Source: Schmidtea polychroa
Lineage: Eukaryota
Length of the DNA: 64,000 nt
Direction of reading: 5' to 3'
Assembly (NCBI GenBank): GCA_044892525.1
Contig: CM097886.1
Coordinates: forward strand, 103,230,001-103,294,000
The notes under the pieces were generated by a model, which had not been told where the DNA came from, ran no database searches, and saw nothing but the letters and a program-made list of their open reading frames with translations. A program made the translations under genes and the position numbers. Of this stretch, positions 1 to 12,956 are shown one piece after another; positions within the stretch are counted from its first letter, which is position 1, and each line of letters starts with the position of its first letter.

Positions 1-351
1 TACAATATTCTTCACAAGCTCAACACATTTTTCTCCTGGAAGTGTTCCAAAAGCACGAATCAATCCTAGATTCCAAAATTCTTTGTCAGAGTGGACATTA
101 ATATTTATGTAACGTACAAATTCTGAAGAATCTAAAACAGTGATGCTACCTACATCTCTTTTCAAAAAATTGATTACATGAATTGTTTTTAAATGGGTAT
201 GAAGACCACTTGTAGAACCTCCATGTGTTTTTATTATTGTCTTACACAATTTGCATTTAGCACACTGTCCTGTTTTTTCTCTTAGAAAATGAAACCATAG
301 TGAATTTTTATCATTTGTTTTGGAATGCTCCTCAAAATCTTGAATATTCAT
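1..351 (-). CDS. hAT transposase N-terminus with BED zinc finger, open to the window edge; probably internally deleted
   Basis: Manual translation from ATG 351 (not in the ORF track): MNIQDFEEHSKTNDKNSLWFHFLREKTGQCAKCKLCKTIIKTHGGSTSGLHTHLKTIH...RYININVHSDKEFWNLGLIRAFGTLPGEKCVELVKNIV. W-x2-F, CxxC and HLxxxH match a BED finger. Confidence 0.75.
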   Translation of the reverse strand, partial: MNIQDFEEHSKTNDKNSLWFHFLREKTGQCAKCKLCKTIIKTHGGSTSGLHTHLKTIHVINFLKRDVGSITVLDSSEFVRYININVHSDKEFWNLGLIRAFGTLPGEKCVELVKNIV

Positions 352-805
352 ATCGGTGTAAAGTACAAATTTTCTAAAAGTTCGAAACACGATAATAAAA
401 TGTATAATTCATATTCTGATTAAAAAGAAAATATTTTACTTACCGTTTCGAATATTATATAATAATATTTTAATTTAACTATTATAGTACGTAAAAATAA
501 CCTATATCATATAACCACAATTTAATTTTGTACAATGAATTTTGTTTCGATTTATAAAAACAATTAAACTTTTAAACTTTTCATAGAATACTTGATTGAT
601 GATATTTTCGCATTAAGAAATAATAATGCAAATATTTATTTTGTAGTAAAAAACCATAAAAAACATTATATTGGTGAAATTATATCACATAATATTGGTG
701 AAATTATTTCGAATACCGAAATACCGGTATTCGACTTTTTCAATACCGGTATGTCGGCAACTATATATTGTTCCAAATACCGGGATCCCGGTTTTCCCAA
801 CACTA
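1..805 (-). mobile_element. 5' part of a hAT DNA transposon (runs off the window), inserted into a Penelope-like ORF remnant
   Basis: Minus-strand terminus TAGTGTTGGGAAAACCGG begins at 805, followed by clustered subterminal ATACCG(G) repeats (715-790). A BED-finger ORF lies downstream. Confidence 0.75.
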
Positions 806-945
806 CTAACAAACATACTACGTACTTTGCACGATTTTGAAACAATTCTATAATTCAATGTACCCAGCTGTTTACCAATCTTTCTTTTGAAATCTTTATA
901 TCCTTCAGAATACGGCAATACCATCATATATTTTGGCTCATCTTG
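806..945 (-). pseudogene. Penelope-like element fragment (RT to GIY-YIG linker)
   Basis: VLPYSEGYKDFKRKIGKQLGTLNYRIVSKSCKVRSMF resembles the LPY linker of PLE ORFs. It is cut by the hAT terminus at 805. Confidence 0.45.
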
Positions 946-2869
946 TTTGTTAGTATCAATACTCATATTCACTACATTCGACATATAGTGAAAAAGATGT
1001 ACGAATGGTGATAATAATAATAATAACATGAAATAATAATCATAATATGAATTAGTAATCATAATAATTATAATTATATAAAATATGGTGGATGGTTCCA
1101 TCCTTGACTGTAAAGTCTTTTTTCAATAAGATGTTTCGTTTTCATAATTAGATTCGCCATGATTAAAAGCTGGATCATCAATGATATGGTCCCTAAACTC
1201 TGAGTCATTGTCTTTGAAATAAATTCTATTTTCTTCTTTCTTCAGTTCATCAAGTATGATTCAAAGTGCTTCACCGGAGTCAATTTGGCGTGACTAGAAT
1301 TTGGATGCATATATATTTCACACGCTTTATATAGGGAAATCTATGTAAATTTATGTATTCTAGAACATTTTGATTGACTGAAACTTCACAATATTTTAAC
1401 ATTAAAAGACCCCCATCGCGGGAAATGTGTATTTATATTATCACAAGAAAAGATTTAAGTCAAATTTCTTAAAATAAAAAATATCGTTTTCATAAAGTAA
1501 ATTAGAAATTTTTGAATGAATTCAATGAACTATATTTTTTAATAAAAAATTATTTGAAGATAATATATACTCATAAATGGCCTCTACAGTGCGTACGAGG
1601 GTTAAAAGAATTAATCAAATATTATTTAATTCAAAAAAATATGTAATTAAATAAATTATATAATAAATAATCAATTTCAATATAATATCAATTATTTCAT
1701 TATTATAAAAATATTTTAATTTTTAAAAACCATTTAATTTAAAATTATTTTTTAACTCAAACGATCAAAACTAATTATGCAAATCCAAAGTAAATAGCAA
1801 TTTATTAGGTATGGTCGTATTTGTCCAGCTCCCATTTCACAATTCACATATAAATGAAAAATCAAAAGACTCTGTATAAATCGATTGTCAATTAACCCCT
1901 CCCCCCTCTACTATTTCCCAATAAATATTAGTAATTATCTCTTTGAAAATAAAATACGTAATTAGTTGGCGAGCTGATTAGTTTTTCACAGCAATTGAAA
2001 AGTTTATTTCAATGGGTTTCTTGGTTTTCTTTTAATGTTTTTGGGAGGTTTAATAAAAAATTCTTTAAAAATTAATTAGTTAATAGAAACTTTTTAGTTA
2101 TAAATTAAAGGTTTTATTCTTGATGAGTAACTTAGAATCAAGATTTTCTTGTTGGCCAGTTAAAAAGAAATTTAAAATAAAAATAAATTATGCATTAATT
2201 AATATGACATGAAAGAATGGGATTTGACATTTTTGCAAATTGTATTTTTCTCTGATAACCCAGTGCAATCAACGCATGTTGGTAAAGAACCTTTATCTTT
2301 CTGACTCTAAATATTCATGAAAAAGTTTCTGTTTTGCTTACACTATTTTTTATAATTGTGTTAACGCTCTTTTTGTATAGGTCGTTAATAAAATTATTTA
2401 AACTGTAGAATATTTAGAGAAAAATAAGAAATTAAATAATTTAATTAATAAAATATTTTGTGGATAGAAATGTCAATAAATTACATCTTTTCTTTATTTT
2501 GTAAAATATTAGTTAATTCATAAGTCGATGTTTTAATAATAGAATATCAATAATATCAAAAACTAATAATAATAATAAAGAATAAATTATAGAAAATTTA
2601 GTTTGGACTATTTTCCCTAAGTGTGTTTTGAAATAGTAGAACTTTTAAAATCTTACAACTTGATTGGAATAATTCTAAAATTTTAGATTTTATTACAACA
2701 TTCAACATTATGTTAATTCACCTTTAATGAGAGTATAAAAACCTTTAATCAAGTGATTAATCAATGAAGTTCTTCATGCAATAAATATATAAAGTTGAAG
2801 ATGAAATACAAGGAAAAAATGAAAAGGAAATGATGAAAAATCAAAGATGGAAAAAAAACAAAATTGAAT

Positions 2870-3235
2870 TTAAATTGCCTGAGATTATTAATAGCTGCTA
2901 ACATATCTTCTAAATTATTTTTTAAATCCGGTTCAAAGGTTAACGTCATAATTCCAAGTATTTATTTAATGAAATTTTCAAACAAATTTTCAGCGTTGAA
3001 TAAAATATTTTCAAAACCATTTATTAATATTTCGATATTTAAAATATATTTATTTAAAAATTATTTACTAATAAAAATTCTTTTAAAAAACTTGTTTAAT
3101 TTTTCAATTTAAAAATTTAAAAATTTCAATTTGAAAATAATTTTAAAAGTTATTTTAATAGTACTATTATTTATCATTTAACATTATCTTAATAAATCAT
3201 TTAAATATTTAATTCTCAGCTGAAAACACCTCACA
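2870..3235 (-). repeat. 3' LTR of the adjacent Gypsy remnant
   Basis: Starts with TG at 3235 directly after a polypurine tract (AAAGAAGAGGGA, 3236-3247). A homologous copy lies at 29285-29672. The distal boundary is approximate. Confidence 0.7.
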
Positions 3236-4330
3236 TCCCTCTTCTTTAAAAAATTTCTTTATCTTTTCAACATTTCTTTGAAACTATTTTCCCACTTTGG
3301 TCTTGTAGCAGATATCGGCGATCATGGATCTTCTGCATTATTCTGGATGGCTCTTCGTATCTTTCCTTGTTCTTGATTCTACTTTTACCAAAACCTCATC
3401 TCCAATATTGAATGATCTCTCTGCGTTGTTTCTCATTCATTCCTTTTGTGAAATCGGCGTTTTACTATGAAATTGTTCTCGAAATATTTTTCTTCCAAAT
3501 ATAACTTCTGCGGGACAGCACAATTGATTTCTGAAATGTTGCATTCATGGTAAATTCAATCTTTGGTATGATCTCTGCCCAATATTTTCTACTTTTTTCT
3601 TTTAATTATGCATTTATATAGTCTTGTATCGTCCTGAATTGACGTTCTATCACATCATTTGTATTATGGTGGTATGAAATTGAAAAGAATCGTGTAATTT
3701 CCATTGATTTTGTAAAATCTTTCATCGCCTTAAATTCAAATACTTTTGCACAATCCTGTTTAGGACAGCAGTCAGAGTGATATATCTGCTAAATTGATCA
3801 CTCGTTGCGACAATATATCTTTTCTTTCAGAATGTTTCCAATGTTCACTTTTTCCCATGGCTCCTCTGCTGTCAGCTTTATCGTCTCTTCCTTCATAATT
3901 GTTGTCACAACTTTAGTTCTTTGACATACCTCACATTGTCCAATTGTTTCCTGAACTGATTCTTTTATGTCTCCCATATCGTAATTGTCCGCTAAATATT
4001 TTGTCACCTTCTCTGCTTCTGTGTGTGATAGCAAAATATGCATACTCCTTATCATTTCTTGTCTTTTTCTCTAGGTATCCATATCTTACCCTCTATAGTT
4101 TTCACTACGTTGTCTACCAGTATAAATTTCCAAATTGAACCCTGTGCTATTTCCTTTTTTATTTGTTCTATTTCTGTATTATCTTTTTGCCACTTATAAT
4201 CTTCAACTTTTTCCATCGTGTTTATTCTTCGGGTTTTCATTCTTTCCACTTTCGTGTCTTCGTGTGTCAATAAATATTGTATGCATGTTCCACATGTACT
4301 CCTTGACAACATACTCCTTGAGCACAATAA
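3236..4330 (-). pseudogene. Ty3/Gypsy pol remnant (RNase H end, H2C2 zinc finger, integrase core and C-terminus)
   Basis: HILLSH...CEVCQRTK (H2C2); HNTNDVIERQFRTI (integrase core); RSFNIGDEVLVKV...RRYLLQDQSGKIV...EKIKKFFKEEGC running into the PPT. Multiple frameshifts. Confidence 0.85.
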
Positions 4331-4800
4331 GGACTATAAGATTAAAATAGGAATGTCTGATTTTAAAATTTTATTAAAAAATTTTGATAATTGTGGGGAA
4401 CGTGTGATTTGTGAAGCGTCGTTGATAAAGTCATTGAATCCAAAAATTAATGTGCAGAATGCAGTGAATACTTGTATTTTAAATGTTTTTAAATAATTTT
4501 TTTCTTGTATATTGATTGTTGTGTTAAATTAAATAATTAATAAAAATTTTTAAATTATTAAATTAAATTCTGAAGGCTAAAAGTTTAAAAATAATATATT
4601 AATTTAACTATAATTTTTAAAAATAATTAAATGTTTTTATTAAATAAAAAAGTTTTTATATAACTAATAAATTTGTTTAAAATCCTTAATTTACATATTT
4701 ATTATATCCCACCTGATGATGACAGGAAAACTGTCGAAATATATCGTGAAAAGAAGTTATCTTATAATTGTTAATATAGTCTTTAATTTGTGAAAATCTT
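4320..4800 (+). mobile_element. Penelope-like element 3' end (GIY-YIG C-terminus plus tail)
   Basis: DFKILLKNFDNCGERVICEASLIKSLNPKINVQNAVNTCILNVFK* fits the PLE endonuclease end (F.IL...E.L.I....P.LN.Q). It is followed by an AT-rich tail containing a hammerhead motif. Confidence 0.75.
4710..4748 (+). ncRNA. Minimal type-I hammerhead ribozyme
   Basis: cac-CTGATGA-t-gacag-gaaaa-ctgtc-GAAA-tata-TC-gtg: intact core boxes, 5-bp stem II, palindromic mini stem III, 3-bp stem I. Predicted cleavage after C4745. Confidence 0.75.
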
Positions 4801-7800
4801 CACTATACGCTGATTTTTTGATTGATTAGTTTGTTTGCTTTTGCCAATTTCAGTAGTAGAAATAGAAAAAATAAGAAACAAAATTCTTGCTTCAGAATCT
4901 CAAGTAAGAATTTTATTTCAAATTGAGATTTCAACGATAGCCATTCAAATCTCCAAAACTGTATTTTATCAGTTGATAAGTATATTTTAAATACTTCTAT
5001 TATACTTATGACTCTATAGAGATTTACAAAATTCTTGTAAGTGAAATTAATTTTGCTTATCATAAAGTCTTTAACGAGATATAATTAATAGCAAGTTTGA
5101 CAGTTCCTTAAAAGTAATATTTTTTTGATAAAAGATGAATTTTCAAAAATAAAAAAAAATAAAAATATAAATATATTGATTAAAATAATTTTATAATTCC
5201 AATTTGAGATAAAATAGTTTGCCTAATTTTCTCTAATAATGAATATGTTTGCAAAAATTATTTTAGATAAAATCTGGTGGATTATGATGATTTCAAAAGG
5301 CAGACTGGATTTATTCTTTGATGTTTCTTTTTGGACATAAATTTATTTTCTGCGAAGAAATATATTTTATAAATATTTAATTTTATCAAAGATATTTTTT
5401 ATAAATATTTTTTATTTGTAGATATTTAAATTACCATTTAATAATCACTGCTTTACAAATAAAAAATTAATTAAATTAATTTACAGTAACTTTATGAGGC
5501 ACTTTTGGCCATAAAGCCTACGTCAACTGAAATAGAAAAAAATATTTTCATTGTATTTTCATTATACAAATAGTATTTTTGAAAGCTTTTTATTTAAATC
5601 ATAATATAATTTTTGTAATAATATTATATTTTTATTTTCAAAATAACATATTCTGTTCTCCGTAAATATTAAGATAAATTTATATAACTAGAGCAATATA
5701 TGAAATGTTTAGTATGCATATGCAATTACGCAAATTTCTTTAATTTTATATCGTTTATTAATTAATTTTAAAAAATTATATTAAAAAATATAAGAACTAC
5801 TAACATTTTATTTAATTTGTAAAATTAATATATAGACAAACGGGCATTAAAGCAATTTATATAATTACAATTTATATAATTTATATGTGGTTATTATTCC
5901 TTCTCTATTATAATTACATATATAGAGAAGGCATACAGAATCATATCATGGCTAAGTTGTATAAAACGTCTTTAGTATTTAAAACTAAGCTTGTCTGTGA
6001 ATTTGGAATGATGTTTTCTGTCGTTTTTCTAATTACTTTATACTTTATATACTAGCTTTTCGTGTTAATGTTGGGTTCAATAAAGTTATTAGTATGAATA
6101 CGAGATATTTAAAATATTTACAGATCATAAAGAGTTTGAAGCTATCAAGAACTATATTGAAAAATTACCTGAAGTTTAATTTATGAATATTAAAATGAAA
6201 TCAAAGAAGACTTGTAATATTTGACTGAATGTGAATATTATCAGTTATGTAATAAAATCGCTTTTAAGGACTAAGTAAACAACTTAGTTTTTGTTATTTT
6301 TATCTATCAATATATTTCAGTATTGTATATTTTATTCAAATACATTCAAACTAATGAATCAAATNNNNNNNNNNNNNNNNNNNNNNNNNNNNNNNNNNNN
6401 NNNNNNNNNNNNNNNNNNNNNNNNNNNNNNNNNNNNNNNNNNNNNNNNNNNNNNNNNNNNNNNNNNNNNNNNNNNNNNNNNNNNNNNNNNNNNNNNNNNN
6501 NNNNNNNNNNNNNNNNNNNNNNNNNNNNNNNNNNNNNNNNNNNNNNNNNNNTAATGTAATTTAATTTTTATTTATTTATATTAATTATCAATTTATTTAA
6601 AAAGGAAAATCAAAATCTCTAAATAAAAAAAATCAATAATCAAGATATATTAAATAAAATTAAATTGAAAATGATATAACGAGCGGAAGAAAGAATAAAG
6701 ATGTCAGGGGATTTAATGAGGATTTATTTAATTTAATTCTTCAAATGTGACATTTTATATTTTTAAATTTTCTTACTTGAAGTTTATCGTCAAAGATCCT
6801 ATTGTTATTAACTCATTATATAAAATAGCAAACATACATTTGCAATGATTTCAACTATTTTCATGCACGACCTTAGCTGTATCGATACAACTCTTTTCAA
6901 AGGAGACTCGATTGGACTCTTCAAATTTCATCCACACATTCCTTCACTTTAAGACAAATTTTATTCTATTTTTAATGTGGTGTTTGTGTTTTGAGTTTAG
7001 TTTAGTTTTGTATTTACACGTTTTCGTCTATTTCTTTAGTCATTTTCTTTCTAAATTCATTTTCTATACATTTCTAAATTAAACTTAATTAATTAATTAA
7101 AATATTTATTTCAATTATTATTGCAAAGTTATTATTGAAATTTAAATGAAGCCCACAAAAATCTATTTTGAAGATTCACACGCTTCTAATTAAATTAAAT
7201 TAAATTTGATCAATTTTGTATTAAGTATAATTTGTTTTAATTTAAAAAGTAAATTAAGTAGATTAAAAGGATTTTGAGAAAAATATGATATTTGAACTCA
7301 ATAAAATGAATAAAAATATTTAAAGTAAATTTATTTTTCTGGTGATTAACAAAAACATTTAGTGAGTGATATTAATAAAAAAAATACAATTCAATAATTG
7401 TGATTTAGTCTATGAAATGTTTAAGAAGTGAATTAAGAATTATCTAGGGAAAACGAAAATACAATCTATCATTGCAATCTATTTTCGTTGGTATATAATT
7501 TCCCGTAAAATTCTTGTCATCTTTAAATAATTTATTCATAATTTTATGATAATTTGTGTTAAAGAATTATTGGTGTTAATTTATAATTTTTATGAAAATT
7601 TAAATGTTAATGTAGTGCCTCTGACGAGCACTTTTATTAATTTAATAATTGAACTAAGAATATATTATTGAATTAATTAAATTAAAATTAAAAATTAAAA
7701 ACAATTGTTTAAATAATCTTTTACTTTCTCTTTTTACGAAAATCATTATCAAATTCAATTTAAAAAATCATCAAATTCAAACATGTCTAACGAAGTAACT

Positions 7801-9344
7801 GAAGTTGTCACTGAAGTGGAACAAGTTGAAGAAGTTGAAAAATCATCAAATCGAGTCAAAATCAATGGTTGAAATATGTCAGAAATACAGGAAACAGAAA
7901 CCTTCATCGTATTCACAATGATATCTCTAGTGATGTTCAAGTTCTTCGACAATGTTAATAACAATAAATTATTTGTTCAAGTTAATTGTATGTCTCTACA
8001 GTTAACATCTTTTTATCTTATTTCTTATTTCTTATTTTTATTTTATTTACTTTTAAATATATAGTTTCTATACCTGATTATAATAATGTATTTTTATTAT
8101 CAAATATAATTATTATGAAATAATATATTGTCAACCATGAGGCAGCCGGTCAAAATTGTAAAGGTTTCATTTCCACAATAATGGTTAGTATTAAACGTGT
8201 TAAACCAAAGTTTAAATAAATTATTAAATTAAGTTTATTTTAATATGAATGATCTCAAATGTATATTTTCAAAAAATATTAATAACAATTAAAATTTTTT
8301 CGACACATTAATAATCAAATTAACATATTTTATAAACTGTTCCGTTGTTTTAATGCGAATTCATTTTTGGTTTGTCTCTTAACAACATTTTCATTATTTC
8401 TTATTGAATTTCCGTTAATAAATAGATAGTATTTTAGAATATATTTATTCTAATTTCCCCTTTCTTTATTTATTTTCTACATTATTGACCAAAATTTTGT
8501 TTTCATGTAGCACGAGTTTTGCTCTTTTGAAGTATTTTAAATCCATTGAAACATTTGGACAAGTTTGTGCCTCAAATTTGTGTAGGGTATTAAAAAGGAA
8601 TAATAACTGATAATCTGAATAATTAATTAGTATAGAGGAAACTGCAAAAAGATCAATAATGAATATTATATAGTATATAATATTCATAATATATACTGTG
8701 TTTTATGTATTTATGGTATCCATAACAATCAAATTATAGCAAATTATATGTATAATAAATATTCCTGGTGTATATTACGAATACTTCATCGAATGTAATT
8801 TTATGTATTTAATGATATTATTTGGAAACGCAATGCGACATTACAATTATTTTAATTATAATTTTTATTATATTATATTTCAAAGAAATATTAAATCATA
8901 AAAGAACCACAGTGACCGATTTAATATTTCGAACAAATCAAAGACTATTTCAATTTTCAACTACAAANNNNNNNNNNNNNNNNNNNNNNNNNNNNNNNNN
9001 NNNNNNNNNNNNNNNNNNNNNNNNNNNNNNNNNNNNNNNNNNNNNNNNNNNNNNNNNNNNNNNNNNNNNNNNNNNNNNNNNNNNNNNNNNNNNNNNNNNN
9101 NAAAAAATAGTTTGGGAAACAAAGGTTTAAACCAATTAAGAATAAATAACGAGCGATTTAGCCATAAATTCAGGTCTAATAGAACAGTGTTACTCAGACT
9201 TTGGTGTGGATTAGTAAATATCTTTCAGTGATACCTAGGGACTAGCTTAATTATGTAAATAAAATTAAACAAATGTTTATTGAATTCAAAGAAATACATA
9301 ATGTAACTTACCAATAAAACAAAAACTAATGTGACATATGATGA

Positions 9345-9528
9345 GCTAGTTTGTTGTCAAACCCGTTTTCCAAATTGCATGAGATAACGCCAAACATCCA
9401 CAAATTAGAATAGTGTGTGGTACCCCATCTCCAGAATCTATAACGATTCAGGTAGTCTTCCAGTCATTTTTTGTTAGGTTTTGGATTCAGTAGCACTTTG
9501 TAAGAAGGACATAATGCTCTTCTGGTGC
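9345..9528 (-). pseudogene. Actin pseudogene fragment (frameshifted, internally deleted, no introns in the fragment)
   Basis: Pieces APE/EHYVLLT/VLLNPKPNKK/MT-GR/TT*IVIDSGDGVPHTILI...LSHAI align to actin [24 protein letters not shown]...[30 protein letters not shown]. Confidence 0.85.
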
Positions 9529-10472
9529 AATTTTCAATTAATTATAAAATGTATGATACCAGATCTTTTTCATATCATTTATGACAGTGTGTATATTAAA
9601 ATAAATATTTTAATTATAAGCATAAAAATTAAAATTTCAAACCCTACCAACTCATATATTTATTAATTTCTTTAAATTTACTATTTAACAATCACAATTA
9701 TTTTTCATTTTCTTTTTGATAAATAGTTTTACAGTTCTATGGTAAACCTCTGTTATCATTTTATTTATTTTAGTGCGTTTCTAATGCAGTCTATTGCTAT
9801 TCGATATTTATAAAACATAGAAAACATTAACGGCATTTTACGTAAGTTAAAAGATTTTATTTTAAATTTAAAACGAAGTAAAATAAATCATATAATTTTA
9901 AACAACATAAAACGTTTATATAATTAAAAATAATTTGTTTAAATTAACGAGTCTCGACTTTTTATAAAAGAAATTTGTTTTGTTTTATTTTTAAATTGCG
10001 GCTAGATAAAGAGTGTGAGTTTATTAAAAAAACCTTTATAATGTAAAATTTAATTTTCAAACAGTAAAATTTATTTTTTATTTTTTGTAATCATGACTCG
10101 GTTCTAGGGTATTTGGCACCATAAGTAAATTATTTACTTTGAGACCTTAATCAACAACACCCTCTTTTCAAAAAAATAATAAATAAAGTATATCGACATT
10201 AAATTAAGTAATAAACAAGATAATTTTTACTAATGGAACATAAAGCCTTAAAATTTATAAACTTATAAAAATCCTTGGAAATTTTAATTTTTTATGCTTA
10301 GATTTTGCTTTACCGTTCACCACTTGCTAACTTTCTTTATTTGAATCTTTTACTAATGTCCTATTCTTATAAATTTATTATGAATGTAAATAATCTTATT
10401 TTCAAAGTATAATTTGAACTTGATTTTAAAAGATTTATTAGTGGCAAAATCATTTAGACATTAGCCTCTGAA

Positions 10473-11261
10473 GGATAACGAAGCAGGACGTTTTGGGCAG
10501 GACGTTTTGGCGCAGGACGTTTTGGCGCAGGACGTTTTGGCGCAGGACGTTTTGGCGCAAAGCTGTTTTGGCGCAAGACATTTTGGCGCCATTTAAAAAG
10601 AACTTCATGTTTAATTTAACATTTATAAATAATTTTTTGAAAAATAATTATAAATATTTATCTATCAGCTTTATTACTGCATAATAGCCGTAACACAACA
10701 ACCGGAAATAAAAAAAATGAAAAGACAATATAAGCAAGATAAATTAAGAAAAAAAGCTTAAGTGTTCATAATAGTATGTTCAAAACAAAACAAAAACTGT
10801 GTGAACATACTTTACTTTACAATAAATGCAAAATAAATATATTGAAAAACCTTTAAAGAATCCTGTCATTCAATATTTTACTTCTAGAAAATACAAAATA
10901 GTCAACTTATAAAAATTTAGCAAAACATGTAGAACATTTAACCTTTTGCCTAATATATAAGTTTTCCGAAAGTCCGTGTTTATTAGGCCTAATCCATCAA
11001 GAAATTATGCGCAAGTCCTCTAAGGTACTCAACGATGTTTCGGTCTCGGTAACTCGCCACAATTGTCATGATTCTGGTATCTGCTGCGACGTATTTTCTG
11101 CGTTTTACAGGCGGCTGGTTTCCACGAAGGAATTGCTCATATGTAGTATTATTATTATGCAGTAATAAAGCTGAGAGATAAATATTTAAATTTTTTTTCA
11201 AAAATTTATTTATAAATGTTAAATTAAACATGAAGTTATTTTTAAATGGCGCCAAAATGTC
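10473..11261 (-). mobile_element. Mutator-like (MULE) deletion derivative with long TIRs
   Basis: Inverted repeat of about 110 bp (10577-10686 vs 11155-11261). Internal minus-strand GNQPPVKRRKYVAADTRIMTIV...EYLRGLAHNF is typical of MULE transposase C-termini. The right TIR is truncated. Confidence 0.75.
10484..10590 (+). repeat. 15-bp tandem subterminal repeat (CAGGACGTTTTGGCG)n
   Basis: About 5 near-perfect units then 2 degenerate units, in the left MULE TIR. Confidence 0.9.
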
Positions 11262-11913
11262 ACGTACCAGAAAGATAAATAGTAAATTTTTTTTACGCCT
11301 AATCATTTAAAAGTTCAATGAAATAATGTTAATTGTGAAAATAAATTAAGGTATATTAAATTTTGTTAAATATTAGCTCCTTAAGTTACACGAGTCTACT
11401 TTATTCTTTTCCTCAACTATATTATGACATTACACAAACGTTTACATTCGGCAAAACATTAAGATAGAGCAGAATTTTTAATATGCGAATACATTTGACG
11501 TAGCCAATAAGGTAAGACTTTGCATATGACAACCATATACAACATAGCCACTTAAAGCAGTAATATTTACAAAATTTAACAATCATAGGAGCTGGAAATT
11601 TTATTATTTGCATTATTATTCTAACTGGCTGAATTCCGCACTGGTGGACCAACTGCAAAAAACTATAAGATCTCCAAATTGATTACAAGACCTGAATTTT
11701 TCGCTTTCAAAATTTACATTTCAATAGATTGCAATAGATTCACAAAATTTGTAAGCTATTTTTTTACGCAGTTCTTGCCCTCCGTCTTATTGGTATTATT
11801 ATTAACAATAGCAATGCAAACAAAAATGCTTTCTTTCTTTTTATTGTTTAGGACCTCAACATATTCAAATGCTCACTTGTAGATATCTCCTTACAGTATT
11901 ATACTTTCATATG

Positions 11914-12110
11914 CAGTGGCAGCTCGTCCATAAAAGTAATGCAAGCATTGCTTGCACTTCAAATTTGAGAAATTCTATATTTTAAACTTTTAATATCTTT
12001 TAAAAAGAACTTTTGACTACTAATGACAATTTTTATGATTTAGTAATTAAAGAATTTTGTAGAAAAACAAGAAGAATTGAGTTTTTATATATATAAAAAA
12101 TTTATTTTTG
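11914..12110 (+). mobile_element. hAT (Tip100-like) fragment
   Basis: CAGTGGCAGCTCGTCCAT terminus joined to NDNFYDLVIKEFCRKTRRIEFLYI*, resembling a hAT C-terminus. No second TIR found. Confidence 0.45.
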
Positions 12111-12592
12111 CTTTCACAAAATTTTTGAGAGTACAAAGCCATATACTCCATAATTTTGGATTTAAAATACATTCAATTATGTACAATGCAAGCTTTTGAA
12201 TATTTAATTTAGATATTTTCAACTATTTATTTAATTTACCAAAAGCACAATTTTCAATTATTTTTATATAATCACCTTTCACCCTTTCAGCTCGGAAATC
12301 CTCATAATACATTTTTAAATTTGACTATTCCGTAAAATAAACATATTTTATGCATAAACATATTTTACGACGTTCTAAATACAAGAAGTTTGAAAATACA
12401 TGGCCTTTGCCAGTGGGTCACGAAAATATTTAATGATTTTTCTTTAAAAAATTCATGTATTTTCATGTATACATTATCCATAGATATTTTTTCTTATTTG
12501 ACATAAATTTTTGGAAGAGCCTTTTTTCATGATTTTAACACATAAAATAGGTATTGCCTAAACTATGTGGTTATTAGGATAAAACAGTGATC

Positions 12593-12956
12593 GGTACTTC
12601 CGTGTTATCTTACCCCCAAAAATTAAATTATAAAATACAATTAAAATAACAATATAAAAAATGACAAAAATACATTATTGATGACGTTATTGAACATGAA
12701 TTTATTAAGGCTATCTGTGATTTATGTGATTATGTGATTATGTGAGTTTATGTGGCGCAAACGTGTTCTAAGCAACAGTGCCGATGTGTTCGAAACTATT
12801 CTCAACGACATTGTGGTTTTCTGGCCACCTGGATGACCATTTACAAACTCTTTACAAACATTTGCTGAGTTTCTAACTGTGATTTAGAAAATAAATATAA
12901 TAATTATGTGTTCTTTTTTAATTGAATTTTTGGGGGTAAGATGACACGGAAGTACC
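12593..12956 (+). mobile_element. Merlin non-autonomous element, 364 bp
   Basis: TIRs GGTACTTCCGTGTTATCTTACCCCCAAAAATT / AATTTTTGGGGGTAAGATGACACGGAAGTACC. Internal CEFMWRKRVLSNSADVFETILNDIVVFWPPG* is a Merlin C-terminus. Flanked by direct repeat TAAAACAGTGATC. Confidence 0.85.

Noticed and set aside
592-853. Plus-strand ORFs 592-840 and 671-853
   Set aside because: They overlap the hAT subterminal ATACCG repeats and have no protein motif.
2761-3112. ORFs 2761-2949, 2864-3112 and the similar 29433-29618
   Set aside because: AT-rich LTR sequence giving F/I/K/N-biased frames; the similarity is explained by the repeat.
7612-7640. gcct-CTGACGAG-cac as a hammerhead
   Set aside because: Only the first core box is present; no closing stem II or GAAA...UH follows. 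At most a half remnant.
10484-10590. Repeat array as a CRISPR, or the RRTFW-repeat ORF as a protein
   Set aside because: Units are contiguous with no unique spacers and lie inside a MULE TIR in a eukaryotic genome.
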